Assembly (NCBI GenBank): GCA_964658305.1
Contig: OZ210884.1
Coordinates: forward strand, 1,364,001 to 1,428,000
Origin: Leptogorgia sarmentosa
Lineage: Eukaryota
DNA: 64,000 nucleotides
Direction: 5' to 3'
Under the pieces are notes generated by a model. It did not search any database. It was not told the origin of the DNA and was given only the letters and a program-made list of their open reading frames with translations. Of this stretch, positions 10,801 to 25,800 are shown one piece after another; position 1 is the first letter of the stretch, and each line of letters begins with the position of its first letter. The position numbers and the translations under genes were made by a program.

Positions 10801-13800
10801 CCAACACCTCCAGGTTTTTCCGAATTTTCGGTATCAAAATCTCTTTAAAAATCTAAATTCAAAAAACAAAGTCAAAAAACATAAAGTCAAATGATATATG
10901 CAAATGTAAATATAAAGAATAAAATGTGAAGATCTAGAACAGATAAATGAAATGTCTATACAATTAGCCAAGGAGGCGTTATAACGGCCTATTTGCCAGA
11001 TATTCAAGATGGCAATGCCCATGAATGGGTGCTATCCCTTAAATAACCAATACACTCCTCAACCTATCACATCCGTAAAAAGTGAATATTCTAGGTGAAT
11101 ATTATAGAATTTTCATCTTATGTCAATTAAATTTATTTTAAATTGCGCCAATAATATCCATTTCCGATATCAAATAATACAAAACAACCTTAGCAAAAAA
11201 AATCCATGTATTAATTATTCGGTTATATACTCCGCCATCCCAACTACTGCATTTGTACTTCCTTTTATTTTCACTTTTTGAACGGTTCAAATTTAATTCG
11301 CTAAATACACTCAATTTCTTGAAATATTCAACACACAATGAAAACAGATGGAAAATAATAAAGGCAGCTTGTATGGAACTAGCAACAGAGGGTTGAATTC
11401 GACCAGGGCGTAATAAAACACATGCAATAATAAAGTATTTTATTGCGTCCCGATTCGACGTACGACCCTAGCTCCTGCAAGTTCAAATCGGTGTTTTCCA
11501 TCGATGTTTGAGGAGATTTTTAAATTTCGCCCGAAGGTGACGTGGTGAGTGGTTGATATGCTAGAATCATTTATTCTCGATAATCAAGTTATTACAGTTG
11601 AGAATGATTAAAGTGTATTCAAGTTTAAACTATTAAAAACATGCATAAAATATATTAATCCAATAGTAAGAAAATATAAGATTTTATTAATGTTCATTCC
11701 AATATGTGTATATGTCTAAAAATTGCCCAGATTTAGGAAGATGGAATGAGCGTATATTAAAATAAACACTGCAGCCTATCTATCAGAAACATTCTATCGG
11801 AAAGACAAAGTACCTGTCTTTGAAAGTAACAAAAAGTACTTCGTAAAAATGCGGTAGTTGGGATTGCGGATTCAAACAACATATATGAAATTGTGGAACG
11901 TATTCTGAAACAATCTGCGAGGTGTACATTACGCAATACACTCTCGACAAATTCCATACAAACAAAGGGTTGACAGTAACTCTGAACTCCCCACAATTTG
12001 AACACTTCAGGGGGTCCCCAATAGGGGTTTCGCAAATTTACGATACACTAGCAGCTTCCCACAACTATGTGAACAAATATCATACACTGAGGTCCCCGTA
12101 AAGCAATGCAGGCCGCCATCAATCACCCGCGCTCCTCTTGCCCGCTGTTTTTCTAACGAACCGTTCCCTGCTCCCTGGGCCGTGGCTAGAACGTTAATTG
12201 GGGGGGGTGTATATTCATATATTCATGTTCTGCCCGACTAATTTCTTTTGAAATGAACTTTAAAACAAAAGAAATCCGTCAGGCATAGCACGAATATATG
12301 AATATACCCCCCCCCCCAAACCCCCTACGGCCCTGCCTGCTCCAATAAGATTCTCCTTCAATTCAGAAGTCAATCGTTCTTCATTTAAGTAAAATTTTCA
12401 TACGGACGTAAAGTAGAGTCTGGAGTATAGTATACAAATAATGAATGTTTATGAGTGCAATGGTAAGAATATTTTCATGAGGTGAAAGATGGAATGTTCT
12501 ATTCAACGAGGCGAAGCCGAGTTGAATGGAACATTCCATCTTTCACCAAATGAAAATATTCTTTCCATTGCACGAAATAAACGTTCATTATTTGTTTTAT
12601 ATGACACCAAAAAGGCGTTTTAGTATTTGAAATACCCGCCATTTTGTTTTGTTAGTTTACTAAATAAAATTCCATCGCTCACATGGTTGCGCCACGTTCA
12701 TGGATTTGCCATTAAATGCGTGCGATAATAACATTTTGAGTGATTGAAAATAATTAAAACTACCGTGCAATGGAAAGAAATATTTGCACGGTTCCATTGC
12801 ACGATCATGAAAATGAAATTTCTATTTTATATCACGTGATCGTAAATAACCAATTAAATCGCGCTAATTTAACAAAGTGTTATATAAAAAATCTTATACG
12901 CCATAAAAACATTTTACCATTGCACCCACAGGCATTCGTTATTTCTGTAATGTTAAATGAAGGGATGAAACAACAGGCTATTTGCATGACTCCATTATAC
13001 GCGTCAAAGTTGTATGCGGCTACTGTATTATAAAAGAGCTGTTAGTCACTTGCAACACATACCCTTCCAAGATCAAGGTCGTGCGGAGTAACACGATAAC
13101 GAGAAGGAGTTCCAGAGAAAGATGTCCAAACTTCCGAAATGTCATCAACCAAATATTCAAGATCTGATAGTGCTTCCCCTGGTTGAACTTCGACATCAAA
13201 AAAGTCGGTGTGAAACCCACTCCACTTTGGAAAAAACTCTCGAAAGAATTCTCTTCTGTCATTAAATGGCGAGGGTCCAGAAGAGAAAATTGTAGGTTTT
13301 GTATATACGAATCCATCATACTTATGGATGGTTTCTGAAATGGGAAGAATGAACGTTTCGTGGGTATAGGGTTAGGTTAGTATTTCGCAACACACATCGG
13401 CCAGTGCAGTCGGGAAATCATCAGGAAATTCACTCACAATTGACCAATCTTCTTAGTGACAGTTAAAATAGTCACTTTGTTTTTCGCTTTATATTGAGTT
13501 TTTATTGCCGCTAAAATAATTTGCACAGTTTTTCAAAGAAAGCCTTGTTAGCATTATTTTATTGCTATTTCCTTTAAATGGTCTTCATTAACATCGAAAA
13601 TTTTGTATTTTCCTTTTGCAATCGTAGTAGCGCGCGTGTTAAAGCAAATCAGATAGCTAACTCTCTGACTTCAGACCTATACGTTTATTAAAATTAAACA
13701 TATATACACCATTTGCCCTTTATTAAGCGAAAAGAGAATCTCATTAAGATAATCTTGCACCTACAATACAATTTTACCACAATTGCACACAATTACCCAC

Positions 13801-16800
13801 AGCAATACAAGTGCGACTATCAATAACACATTATGTGAAAGTCACTAAGCATGGAAAGAAATTCAATAGCAATAATTTTCGTGGTCATGCGTAAAAGTTG
13901 AAAAACACAAATCAAAGATGGAAATTCAATAAGAATACAAAGGATATTCAAAAACACAAAAGGCTTTTTCGTTTGAATACAAGTGACGTTCAATTAGAGA
14001 AAAATGTAAGTTCAATAAGGTTGAATGCAAATATATACTCAGGGGAAAGCAGTGTGTAACAGGGGACGAGTCAATGAATTTTGCTGGGTTACTTCATTTG
14101 CATTGGGAACGTTGGTTTAAAATCGTCGCTTGTGAAATCAGCTTTAGACATTTTTGTGAGTTTGTTGTGCGTAGTATTCCACGATGCCTTGCCAGGGAAA
14201 ACATTAATGGTTAAGCCTGTGTACTAGGTTACGTGTACAGTATAATATAATTGTGTGTGCATGTGTAATGTGTAGAGAGCGAGTATTGAGTAAATTTAGA
14301 CTCAAACCACATTGCATATTGTTATATGTTCGCTTTTTTGAACTTACATTTTTCTCTAATTGAACATTCCTTGTATTAACGTGAAAACGTCTTTTGTTTT
14401 TTTGAATATCCTTCGTATTTTTATTGAATTTCCATCTTTGATTTGTGTTTTTCAACTTTTACGCATGACCACGAAAATTGTTGCTATTGAATTTCTTTCC
14501 ATGCTTAGTGACTTTCACATAATGTGTTATTGATATTCGCACTTGTATTGCTGAAGGTGCAAGATTATCTTAATGAGATTCTCTTTTCGCTTAATGAAGG
14601 GCAAATGCATGGTGTAGTACTGAACAAATGATGTTAGATTATAACCCAAACGCTACTCATGTCGTGATGAATTATCTAGTTTATTCACAGTAGCTATCAG
14701 GCCAACGTTAGATTTACTTTTGTATGGCTATATGGTTTAGTTCTTCTAGTATCGAAAAATCTGTAAATCGCCGGTATGTCGTGTAAACGAACAACGCAAG
14801 CTTAGTGAATCCGTCGACTCTTTTCATACCAGAGAAAGAATAATTTACCACAATTAAACTCAGCCATGGAACGATAACTCATTGATAAACCACTTCCTTT
14901 TAGTTCGTTAGGGATTTTTTGATTTGACTGTTCAACAGACTGAGTCAGACGTTGCTGTAGGTGCTCAACATTGAAAGTACCACTGCTGCATAATTACAGT
15001 ACGTTCATTCAATTATTTACTCACTATTTTCCACAATGTCAACTGGCCTAATAACAAGGCATCGGTCCACATCCCCTGTCCACTTCGTAAATCCAATTAG
15101 ACTTTCGTAGATGGGTTTATCTTTCTTGTCCAATAATATATATTTATACGCACATTTGAGAGAGGCATCTCGCAGTGGAATTTTGAGTTCGCCGCGTAAT
15201 AACAGCCGTTGGTCACTATATCTGAATAAATATGGCAAACGTTAAAACAATTATGGCTGCTTTCCAGTTACACGTTTTTCTTCCGTACGTGTACACACGG
15301 AAATGTTCAAATATTTCTAAATTTTATGGAAATACTAACTATGATGAATACGCATTAAATAGCGCACATCAGGTTGAATGCTGTCTTGTTGCTGTTACAT
15401 AGTTATTTCATAAGGAAAAGTTAAAAGGAATAATTTATCAACTTTTCCGTGCGCACACGCAAGTGCAAAAACACTGGAAAGAAGCCTTTACTATGAACGA
15501 ATATTAGGCATGTACACGATCATAAAATCCCATGATATTAAATAACATTTCATATAACATTTCTTCTATAATCCTCTCGAGTTTTCCTCGAAAAAAAGGA
15601 GATTAATGAATGATTTCGCTTGAAATTCGCTGCAACCTCATTAATATTTCATGGTGTCGACGCGTTCGAAGATATTGCAGATTGACCTTTGACATATCAA
15701 AAACTATATTTGCAGGCACTGTATAAAATAATAACAGCAGGAACAGAAATTACGAGGCCAGAGCGAGACATAAGGGAGTTTAACGAACGTTTAAGGCAAG
15801 AGAGGCTTTTGGAAGAGAAATTAACGTAGGAAATGAGGGCGATTGAGAAATGATTAGAAATGGAAAACAAGGCCAAATCTACTCAAGCAAAATTACCAAA
15901 GTTGCGAATTTCTCCATTCAATGGCACACCAGTTGACTGGATAAAATTCGAAAACATGTTCACAACGCAAGTACACGAGAAACCAATAAGTGATGAAGAG
16001 AAAATTGGATATCTACTAGAACTGCTTAACGGTTAAAGATGTTTTTTATCACCAGAAATCCTAACCGTCGCGCCTGCTGTCATGTGTCAGTGGTAACAAT
16101 CATGAAGTTTAATTATTTAACTAGAATTAAACTTAGCAGATGTTGATGCGAGTCAGATTAACAATGTAGCATAAGGCGGATAGCATATTTACCACCGAGA
16201 AAAGTTCGGCAAATTTATTTCTTCCCGCCTCAAAAGTACTCAATTCTCAAATTCTCTCATTCTCTTTGCTGATTTTGACCACGTTCGTAGCCTAATTGCG
16301 TGCAGTTATGTAGCAAGTATTACAAATATAAACAGCGTCGTATAAACAGCGTGAAATGCGATGATCGGAGAAGTAATGTCAATTTTATTTATTTTGAACC
16401 AATTTTTTTCTCCAGACCTTGCATTCATGTCTAATACAGTATGCTTAACCAAAGTTCACATTTTCAATATTCGGTGTAAAAATACTAAAAAAACTGTATT
16501 GAATACTGTACTCCTATACCTTTCAGTAAATAATAAATGTTACAAGACATTGAATTGATGGCTTGGGGAGATTACGTCATTCTAGGGATGGTTAAGATTT
16601 CTTGTGATGTTTTACCTAATGTTCCCATTGATAACCAGTTGAGGGCAAAATATTGGCAAACGGTATAGTGGGAATTAGAACTTTGTGCTTTAGTAGATAT
16701 TTGAATGTTGTTCTTACGGTTTTGTGCTGACAGGAACACCTCCTTCATGCCAACCATCTGGAAATATAGGCTGTTTTCCGCGGATCACAATCTTTGTGTC

Positions 16801-19800
16801 TTCATCCCGTTTAAATTCCTTTGATAAGATGGCGTGGAAAACAACGGTTAGCGTTTTCTCCGCTGAGTTGATTGTAGGATTACTAAATATGAAGGGAAAA
16901 TAGGAAGTCAAAGGTAATATCAAGCGTGCAAAATAAAAATACCGATTGGCTCGTGACAAATCAAAATGGACTTCGCCAAATGTTCCCATAATACATGTAT
17001 ACCAGACTCTGATCCGAAGTATTTATTACGCATGACAAACATTGCATACATGTATATTTTAGAAATTACATGCATACTTATTATTAATAATTACATGCAA
17101 TTCAGTTGACATGTAGTTCATTTAATTTAATCATTTGTCACATTACAAACATTACATACAATACAAATACATAAAACAGATTATTATATGAATATAGGGA
17201 ATTACGTGCAATAGCGCGGCGAAAGAATTTTCGTATCTTTATTTTATCACGTAAGCATACAAAATTTTTCATACGTGAAGTTTGCCGTATTGGTCATACC
17301 AATTTTTCACAAGTGAAAATTCATCGTATGAGCGTTTTGATTGGCTGACGTTCTCTTGCCTGCACCTGTTCGCAGGATAGTGTAAACATGCAGTCCGATT
17401 TTGCGAACAGACTTGGGAGAGAGATTTATGGCATTTTCTCCAATTTTCACTGATAAAAAAATCACGTAAGGTAATAAAGAAAACATTTATGGCTTCATTA
17501 ACTCGAAATAAAGCTCCTGCTTGCATTTTCTGCAAGAAAACAGAGCAATAAGCGGTAAAACACGTTCCACGATAGGGTGGAATATTCTATTTAACTCAAA
17601 ACGTGGTACTTTCATCTGCATTTATATAATACCTCATTACATTCAGGTCGTTTGATTGGTTAATTATGGTCACGTGATATTGAATAGAAAGTTCCATTTC
17701 CCAAGAGTGCAATAGTACGAATACTATTGCACTCTGGAGAGTGCAATAGTATTCGTACTATTGCACTCTGTGTTTTCAATAACTCCCATCCTTCAGAACG
17801 CTTTTCGGACAGTGATCGCCGTTTATTTACCCCCGATTCTCGACGTCAGGTAATGCGATTTATGTTGTCAAAATACACCAAAATGGCGGCAGCTTGCAAT
17901 AAACCTTTTGTTATTTTGGTATTATATAAAACAAATAATGAATGTTTTTATTCGTACAATGGTAAGAATATTTTCATTCAGTGAAAGATGGAACATTCCA
18001 TCTTTCACCTCATGAAAATATTCTTACCATTGCACTCATAAACATTCATTATTTGTATATTAACACGAACATGCAAGAAAATCAAAATTATTCCTTCATT
18101 GTGGACAAATTTGTTTTTATTTGGTCAAAAAAGGAAGAAGATTTTCCGTTATGGATAAATCTCTGCGGATTAACATGAAAAAGAAATCAAAATTTATTCT
18201 TATGCCAAAACTGTTGAATAGAAACAATATCCGGACAGTGTTAACATTGATAAAATAGATACTTAACACCAAAAAATATCCTTGATTTATCCAAAACAAA
18301 ATGAAAATGTCCTGGTTTTATCCATGAAACAAAATAAAAATGTCCTGGATTTATCCAAGACAAAATGAAAATGTCCTGGATTTATAAAGTCATATAAAAT
18401 CGGAATATCCTGGATTCATCCTACGGAGGTAAATTGTGTCATTATTTGACAAATTTTCTGTGCGACTGGGCTTCGCCTCGTTGAATAGAACATTCCATCT
18501 TTCACCTCATGAAAATATTCTTACCATTGCACTCATAGACATTCAATATTTGTATACTATTCTCTTTTTAAATATTGAGCACTAATTTCAATAATTCTGT
18601 TCAATTTACTTACGTAGTATTTGTTTTGCCTTTTCCTTTTTTCTTCCCCTTTTTTCCTGATTCATTTTCAAGTTCTGGTTTTTCGTGCTCATGACAGTCC
18701 TATGGTAATAAGCACAAAAGAGAAATATTATACATGTGGTAACTATAATACTAAATTCAAATTCTAAAAATTAAACTTTGTATTTCAATCGGATACTGTA
18801 GGATAATTCAAGTTTCAGACGTCGTGACAATGCATGTTTGAATTGATGATAAGATTAAACTTGTCCTACCAATCGTAGCTACGAACAACTCATGTTGAAC
18901 CCTAAAGTTAGGAGTCTGGATGTACACACCACTAAATTAAAACATACACTTTTTCGAAAAGCATTACACGCTTTTCAAATCTTCTCAATATTCCGAGAGT
19001 TGATAATCACAAGGCGAAGGGGAGTTATTCATACATATAAGTGAGGCATACCAAAGCGAAAATATTTACAAGATCAATATTAAATCCCCCTATCAACTCC
19101 ACTGACGCAACAAGCATGAATCCCTAAAGGTGGTTCCCTGCATTTATTACGTTGCAGCGCTCTGTTGTGCATTGAGGTCCGCGTTACTTCTTGATTTTAT
19201 AATATATTGTCACGAAACCTAGCAGTAACATTGCTCGAAAAAGTTGGATTACGAATAACTGAATAAGTATGTCATGTCATGTTTTCTCATATGTTGCCAA
19301 ATATTTTCGTTTTCACGGTAACATGGCATTTTCATAAAATTATTGTAGTGATTTCGTAGTTTTTCTTAGATATTTTTAATTCAATTCGGTCGAAGGTTTT
19401 TTGTTAATTTGGAAAACTAAGACAAACAATATAATAAAAAATAAGGAAACTTGTATATCCTGTAAAGTTTAAAAAGTTCGACTACCTTATCTTTAATCTC
19501 CTCGTTTTTCTTCTTCCCATTTCCATTATTTTTATTCTTTTTTTCTTTCTTTTTCGTATCTTTTTTTGCATCCTTCTTCTCATCTTTCTTTTTCTCATCG
19601 TTCTTTTTCTGATCTCTCTCTTTTTCGTCTTTCCTCTTGTCGTCCTCCTTCACCTCTACCTTCATTTTACCTCCTGTGTCCACGCCTTCCACCTCCTCGT
19701 ATTTTATTGTCTCGTTTTGGTTGTTATCGCCGTTATTGCTCTCACCTTCCTTAACGGGGTCTTTGTTCTCACCTCTCTTCTTAATAGTGTCCTTGTTCTC

Positions 19801-22800
19801 GCCTTCATTTTCAATAGTGTCCTTGTTCTCGCCTTCTTTCTTTATAGGCTCTTTGTTCTCGCCTTCCTTCTCAATAGCGTCTTTGTTCTCGCCTTCCTTC
19901 TCAATAGCGTCTTTGTTCTCGCCATCCTTCTCAATAGCGTCTTTGTTATCTCCTTCATTTTCGATAGTTTCCTTGTTCTCGCCTTCTTTCTTTATAGGCT
20001 CTTTGTTCTCGCCTTCCTTCTCAATAGCGTCTTTGTTCTCGCCTTCCTTCTCAATAGCGTCTTTGTTCTCTCCTTCATTTTTGATAGTTTCCTTGTTCTC
20101 GCCTTCTTTCTTTATAGGCTCCTCGTTCTCGCCTTCCTTCTCAATAGAGTCTTTGTTCTCACCTTCCTTCTCAATAGCGTCCTTGTTCTCTCCTTCATTT
20201 TCAAAGGCGTGCTTGTCAACCCTCAGGTGCTCGCCTTCCATCTTCCTAATTTTTGTACCTGCATGAAAATACAAAAAATGAAATATACATACTCAAAAAC
20301 TGTTTGTAGACGAATCACGAATGTATAAAGTAGAATGGCACCCTGCATATAGGTATGCTATTGTGGGACGTTAATTCCAATACAGCATTTGTATATTGGG
20401 GTCAATCATGATATTACATATGTACGTATTACGTATTTTTTACAGTTTCAGGGTCGGAATCCTTTCAGTTTTTGCTCGACAGGGTCCGGATTTGCTTGGA
20501 CATTGCTCGGAACCATGTTCACAATTTGTTTTCACTTGTTATTAAATGTATATTAACACTTATTCCGAATGTCTGAGGGGTATACGAGATATACCCCTCG
20601 AAGCCTGGAATCTCGTATACCCCGACAGACTTTCGGAACTAGGATTTTGTCTATCACCAAAACTTCACCAAGAAGCCATACAGCTTGTTGTCCCTGAAAG
20701 TAACACATTCTTCGTAGTTTTCAATCTGGCGAGCCTTCAAATACGCTTCCAACATTACCTTTGCATCGCTTTCACTTTTTATAGCGTCTAGAAATCTTGT
20801 CTTTTTTGTGTTAATTCTTCGTCAGAAATTAGATTTACATTGAGGTTGTTGGACGCTATTTTGAATAAATTACCGCGAAAACAATCGTATCGTGTTGGAG
20901 CTTGCACTGAGAGCCAATCGAAATGCTAATCTCAGCTGATTATTTTTTAAAAATTCACAACACAAACAAGCAAACAGCTTAAGGGGCCGATTGCATGGAA
21001 CATTTTCAACCCCGGGGTTGAACTCGGCCTTGTTGACAAGGCTGAAAATTCATCCCTGTCTCCATTGTAAACCCCTATTAAAAACCGCACGCGATTACAT
21101 GAGAAAAGTTTCAACCCAGGACTGAGTTCAACCCCAGGGTTGAAATTTCAATTTTCAACACTGTTTGGCATACCTGGGATGAAACTTTAGCCCTGGGTTA
21201 AAATTACACCCGGGGTTGAAATTTTGCCATGTAATCGTTCCAGCCCTGGGTTGAAATTATATGAGCATGCATGCATATTTATGAATTCAAGATGGAGTGT
21301 CACGTGCAGGCATTTTCAACCCCGGGGTTGAAATCATACACGTAATCGCTAAAATTTTCAGCCCTGTCAACAGGGCTGAGTTCAACCCCGGGGTTGAAAA
21401 TGCTCCATGTAATCGGCCCCTAAGTGAAGCGCAACAAATTTCCAGCAAAGAGGAAACAATAAACAGCATATTAACTGACACACAGCATATCAATTCCTAC
21501 CTTGCTTTTCATGCATATAAGAAACAATCTCCTTCATAGATTTACCACATTCGTAACAAAATTTGTGCTTATTAGGGTCAAGTTTACTGTCACAGTCCGG
21601 ACATGATATGGATGCATTGTCACCTAAACAACGAGAAGCAAAACATAATTAACTAGCCACTACAATACACAAATGTCAACACAATATAAAACATCTTCCA
21701 CGGCGCACTGCAAACTCCGGGCGTAGGCCCGAAACGAGGTTACTAATTCCGCACGGCAAGTCTGAAGTTCATGTAATCGCTGCAATTTTGTATGGGTGGA
21801 TTACTGATATTACTACATTTGAGGTTTCTAGATCATCGGAAATGGCATTCAGTCTGTTATTCATCTTTTGTTAATAGGTTTTGCCCTCATTATTTGCTGC
21901 TGAGCAGGGGTGAATTGGACGTTTTTTTTTAAAAAATTGCAAGATATGTCTACTTTTCTGGAAACATATTCTCCACAGCCAAACTAATTCGGGTGTTATG
22001 AATTGCGACATCGGATTATGGCCTAATGGTAACCGTAAATTCCAGACAGTTTTGTCGAATACTGGGTGGAACGTGGTAGGAAAGATTGCCAGCATATTGA
22101 TGAATTTTTTTCCAAGTCTATTAATCGAGCTCGTGTGCCACTTAATACCTGTAATAATAGACATAAAAGTATTACTCGACTGTGATTGGTTCATTTCAGG
22201 CACTTAATCCCAAATCACAGTGCAATTTTCTCATATCACAGTGCAATTTTCTCATATCACAGTGCAATTTTCTGTTAACACTTTGAACCAATCAAATTAC
22301 AGCTCGAGCTACAGATTTCTTCAAAACAAAACAAACATGGCGGCCGCGCTAAACAAAGTAAAAATTGTCTTCGGTCCGAAAATATAGCTTTTATCTTTTT
22401 CTTAAAGCTAATAGAAAAAACTTTATCCTAAACAAGACTAACAAAAGTTACATGCTTGGGTGAATTTTTGAAACCGTTATCGCTGTAAAATGTGAAATAA
22501 ACTAAGCAAGAAACCTCTGCCGGTGAAATTTCGCATTGAGACGTAAGTTAACACTACAATTATCTCTAATAATTTTTTGAAAACTATTAACAAGTAATAC
22601 TGTGATTTCTCGTGCAATTTGGATAACGTACACTCGTGAGATTTCCAAAGACCTCTAAATAGCACGAGTCCGAAGGACCAGTGCTATTCGAGGTCTACTT
22701 TGGAAAACTCACTCGTGCATGTTAATTCTAACCATACTATTACCTATAAGAAAAATGCTGTTTGCCGGATAGAGAGACATAAAAACAGTCGGAGCTATCG

Positions 22801-25800
22801 GGTAACATCCCTTACAAGGTTCAACAGATCTAATGCAAAGAATCGCGTAGATAATAAACTTTTAGAGCAGCGGAAAGCGAAAATTGCCTATTCCAGTGCG
22901 GTTGCAGAAAGATTTATTGCGGTAATCAAACACTTGGTGAGCGTGGGCTTTCTCCTTCTCGAGGACATGATGAACTCTTGGGATCTGTGCACAACGATAA
23001 CTACCTGGTATAATAATCTTATTTATTTGCTAGCACGCTTACAGTAAACAACTCAACTCTTTTTATCTATTTTTATCTTAGGTTGCAAAAAATAAAATAG
23101 GTTGCATGCATCCAGTAGCTTTGGCAGGCGACTTACGTCAAGCATTCCTTCAAATCAGAATACGGCAATCAGAACGTGATGCTATACGTTTTTATTGGTT
23201 GGTAGATTTGGCGGCTCAACCGAAGTAGTTACCCTACGCTGCACTTTCTGTATATCTGAGATCAGTGGATCTCGCGCCAGACTGCCAGTTTCCCGCCCGA
23301 GGTATGTAGCTATTGTCGAAATCTCGATTTGTGTCGTCTGTACTCATTGATATATACTAAGACTGGATAGTGCACCTGCTATGAATAAATGAATCCCCTG
23401 GCGGCCATGCATATTGGGAAGATGTCTAAAAAGTTTCTATACGTTTCTAGTTGCTGGTGCTAATATAAAAACATTTTCCAGATAATTTCGTATCAGTAGT
23501 TCGTCTTATTTCTTCCTAAATTTCCCAATGAATAAGTAATTGGGGCAATCCAATTACTTATTGGTGTTTAAAACGTTCTAAGGCTTTATTTCACAGGTTA
23601 CATCGGAAAATGTGTTTGTTTATAGCCTACCTATTTTAAAAAGCAATCGCTTTAGCTTAGTCCAAAATTTGACACATTTATAAACCAAATCTCATTAAAA
23701 ATATTGTAAGGTAGATCGCTATGTCTTAGTTTTATGCTGCGGTTTTATAAGGAAAAGTTTAAATATTTTTAAATCAGTTTTGACGTACTGTTCAGTAAAT
23801 TATTTGAACTACAAATGGGTCAAATGCACAATGTCAATTGAAGCAGTACGTGGAGAATATTTGTAGTAAAATCACTTAAAAAATCTCTTTCAAATTAACG
23901 TGTTGTTGTAGCTTCAGCAGTTGCGAAATTCATGAGCCACGTGGATGACGCACATCATTTGCGCATGTGCAGATTGCAGAACTGCGATAATCATGTATTT
24001 AGCAAGTCAGGAATTTCGCGTCACACCTGGGAACACTACTCGTGGTCAAAGGACCTTTAAAGGTATAACATTTATTGTCTTATTACCAGACAAATTGTAT
24101 TTCAAAGCTTTTAATATTTGCTTTATTGTGCTAGTTACCTAAAGCTAATAGTGTCTTACCGCTCTTGATATACGGAAACATGTCGAACGACTTTTCGTAC
24201 AAAATATTAAAATGTGTCAACAAACGACCACATTTATACCTCAACAACCTTAATCTTGGGGTTCAAAATAACATAACAAAAGTGGCCAATGAGGGCCCAA
24301 AAGAAACATCAATTCATTCATTATTTCTTTCATTCATTCATTCATTCATTCTAATGAAGCCCATTAAGGCACAAAATATAAACATTGATTCACCCATTTT
24401 GGTGAACTGAAGCTCACAATATTCACAGCTATTGCAATGAAGGCAAAAATATGTTCCAAAATTATGAAATAGAACATAACGGTCTTGTTATAACTGGCCA
24501 AGACAGTAAATTATGAGTAAGTTCACATTATTTCTCTTTTCCTATATAGCTTTGGATACTTGCTGAACTCTATATTTAATCATTCACACACAATATATAC
24601 TCCAACAAATTGGTTGTAGCAGATTATGTGGATATTATGATGTAATCTGCAATATGTGGAACAATTTAATGGCGTCAGTTGTATAAAGGCCTGGATTTAG
24701 CTTTCAAACAGTGGATATAAGCAAAATTTAATAACATTAGTATTTGTGTTGTTAATAATTGAACTTAAGTTTAACAATTGCAACTAAATATGCTGTTTTA
24801 TGGATTGTTGTTATGTTTAGAGAAAGAAGAACCCATTTCATGTTTTCCATACTATTGGGTAATTTTAATCTTGTAATATGGGCCTGGGGGGGGGGGGGCA
24901 ATAATATATGTATACATACGGTTGTACATTGTGGCATGGGGTTAGATTGCATTGTGGACTGTGAGTGGCGTAGTGTGGCCCATTTGTGTGGGAGGATGTA
25001 AAATATTTTCATTTCACCCATGGATATGATTGTAAATAGGGGAGAGCAAGTGTGACAAGGTGCCGCCACCATGGTGCGAAGCAAGAAAATTTTGAACATT
25101 TAGATCTCCTAGATTGCTTATAAATTTCAGACTGAGTTAGTGACTATTACCAACAATGATGATAGCAAGTTCTTGGTCTTACTGACATGACCAGCAAACA
25201 GACTGATTTACCGACAAGTTTACTAAAAAGTGGGGTGAGCCCCCTGATACTACATCTATGTTGTGGAGTCACCAGTATATTACTTGTTGTTATCAACATC
25301 TTTAACTTGTCACTCTCATAAAAAGTATATGAGTTGTGATCAAGTTTGAACAATGTTTCGTTTAAATTGTTTTAATTTTATGTTAGGTAAATTTTTAATT
25401 GCGGGGGGGGCAAAATTTTGCTTGGAGGGGCCACCTTCCTCCCCTTTGGAATACACCTCTGAATGATTAATGAAGACAAAATCGCCTTCATATAACCAAA
25501 TGCAAAGACCCAATACAACAGTAGATATTTCCTAAAGCAATTCTAGCGTGAAAATTGAGGTATAGCTATCTTAGAACACTAAAAGTAAACAGTTTTATGA
25601 TGTAGGCGGAAACTGAAAATCTGAATTAATAACGAAAGTGCGTCATCTTTGATATCTTTGATCCTTGTTGATCTTTGCGCTTTATATTGTATCACTGACT
25701 TTACTTCTGAACTATTAATTGTTTTATGAATTAAAAAACCTACCAGATAAAGCTCTTTCCATCGGTTTTTCGGCGCATTCAGGCGTAGAATTCTTGTCAC

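Noticed and set aside
13020..13319. ORF-track 99-aa ORF (MMDSYIQ...) as a protein
   Set aside because: Wrong frame. The spliced exon 13334-13063 reads KTIHKYDGFV...DLGR and fits the RNF213-like phase chain.
14843..14990. Open minus-strand frame with a GT donor as an extra RNF213 exon
   Set aside because: It would need an intron of about 35 nt, and the flanking exons already join in phase with the expected motifs.
19566..20328. Plus-strand ORFs of 203-209 aa
   Set aside because: Antisense shadows of the 30-bp coding repeat on the minus strand.
21705..21745. gggc-gtag-gccc-GAAAC as a hammerhead
   Set aside because: No CUGANGA upstream; more likely a retroelement end.
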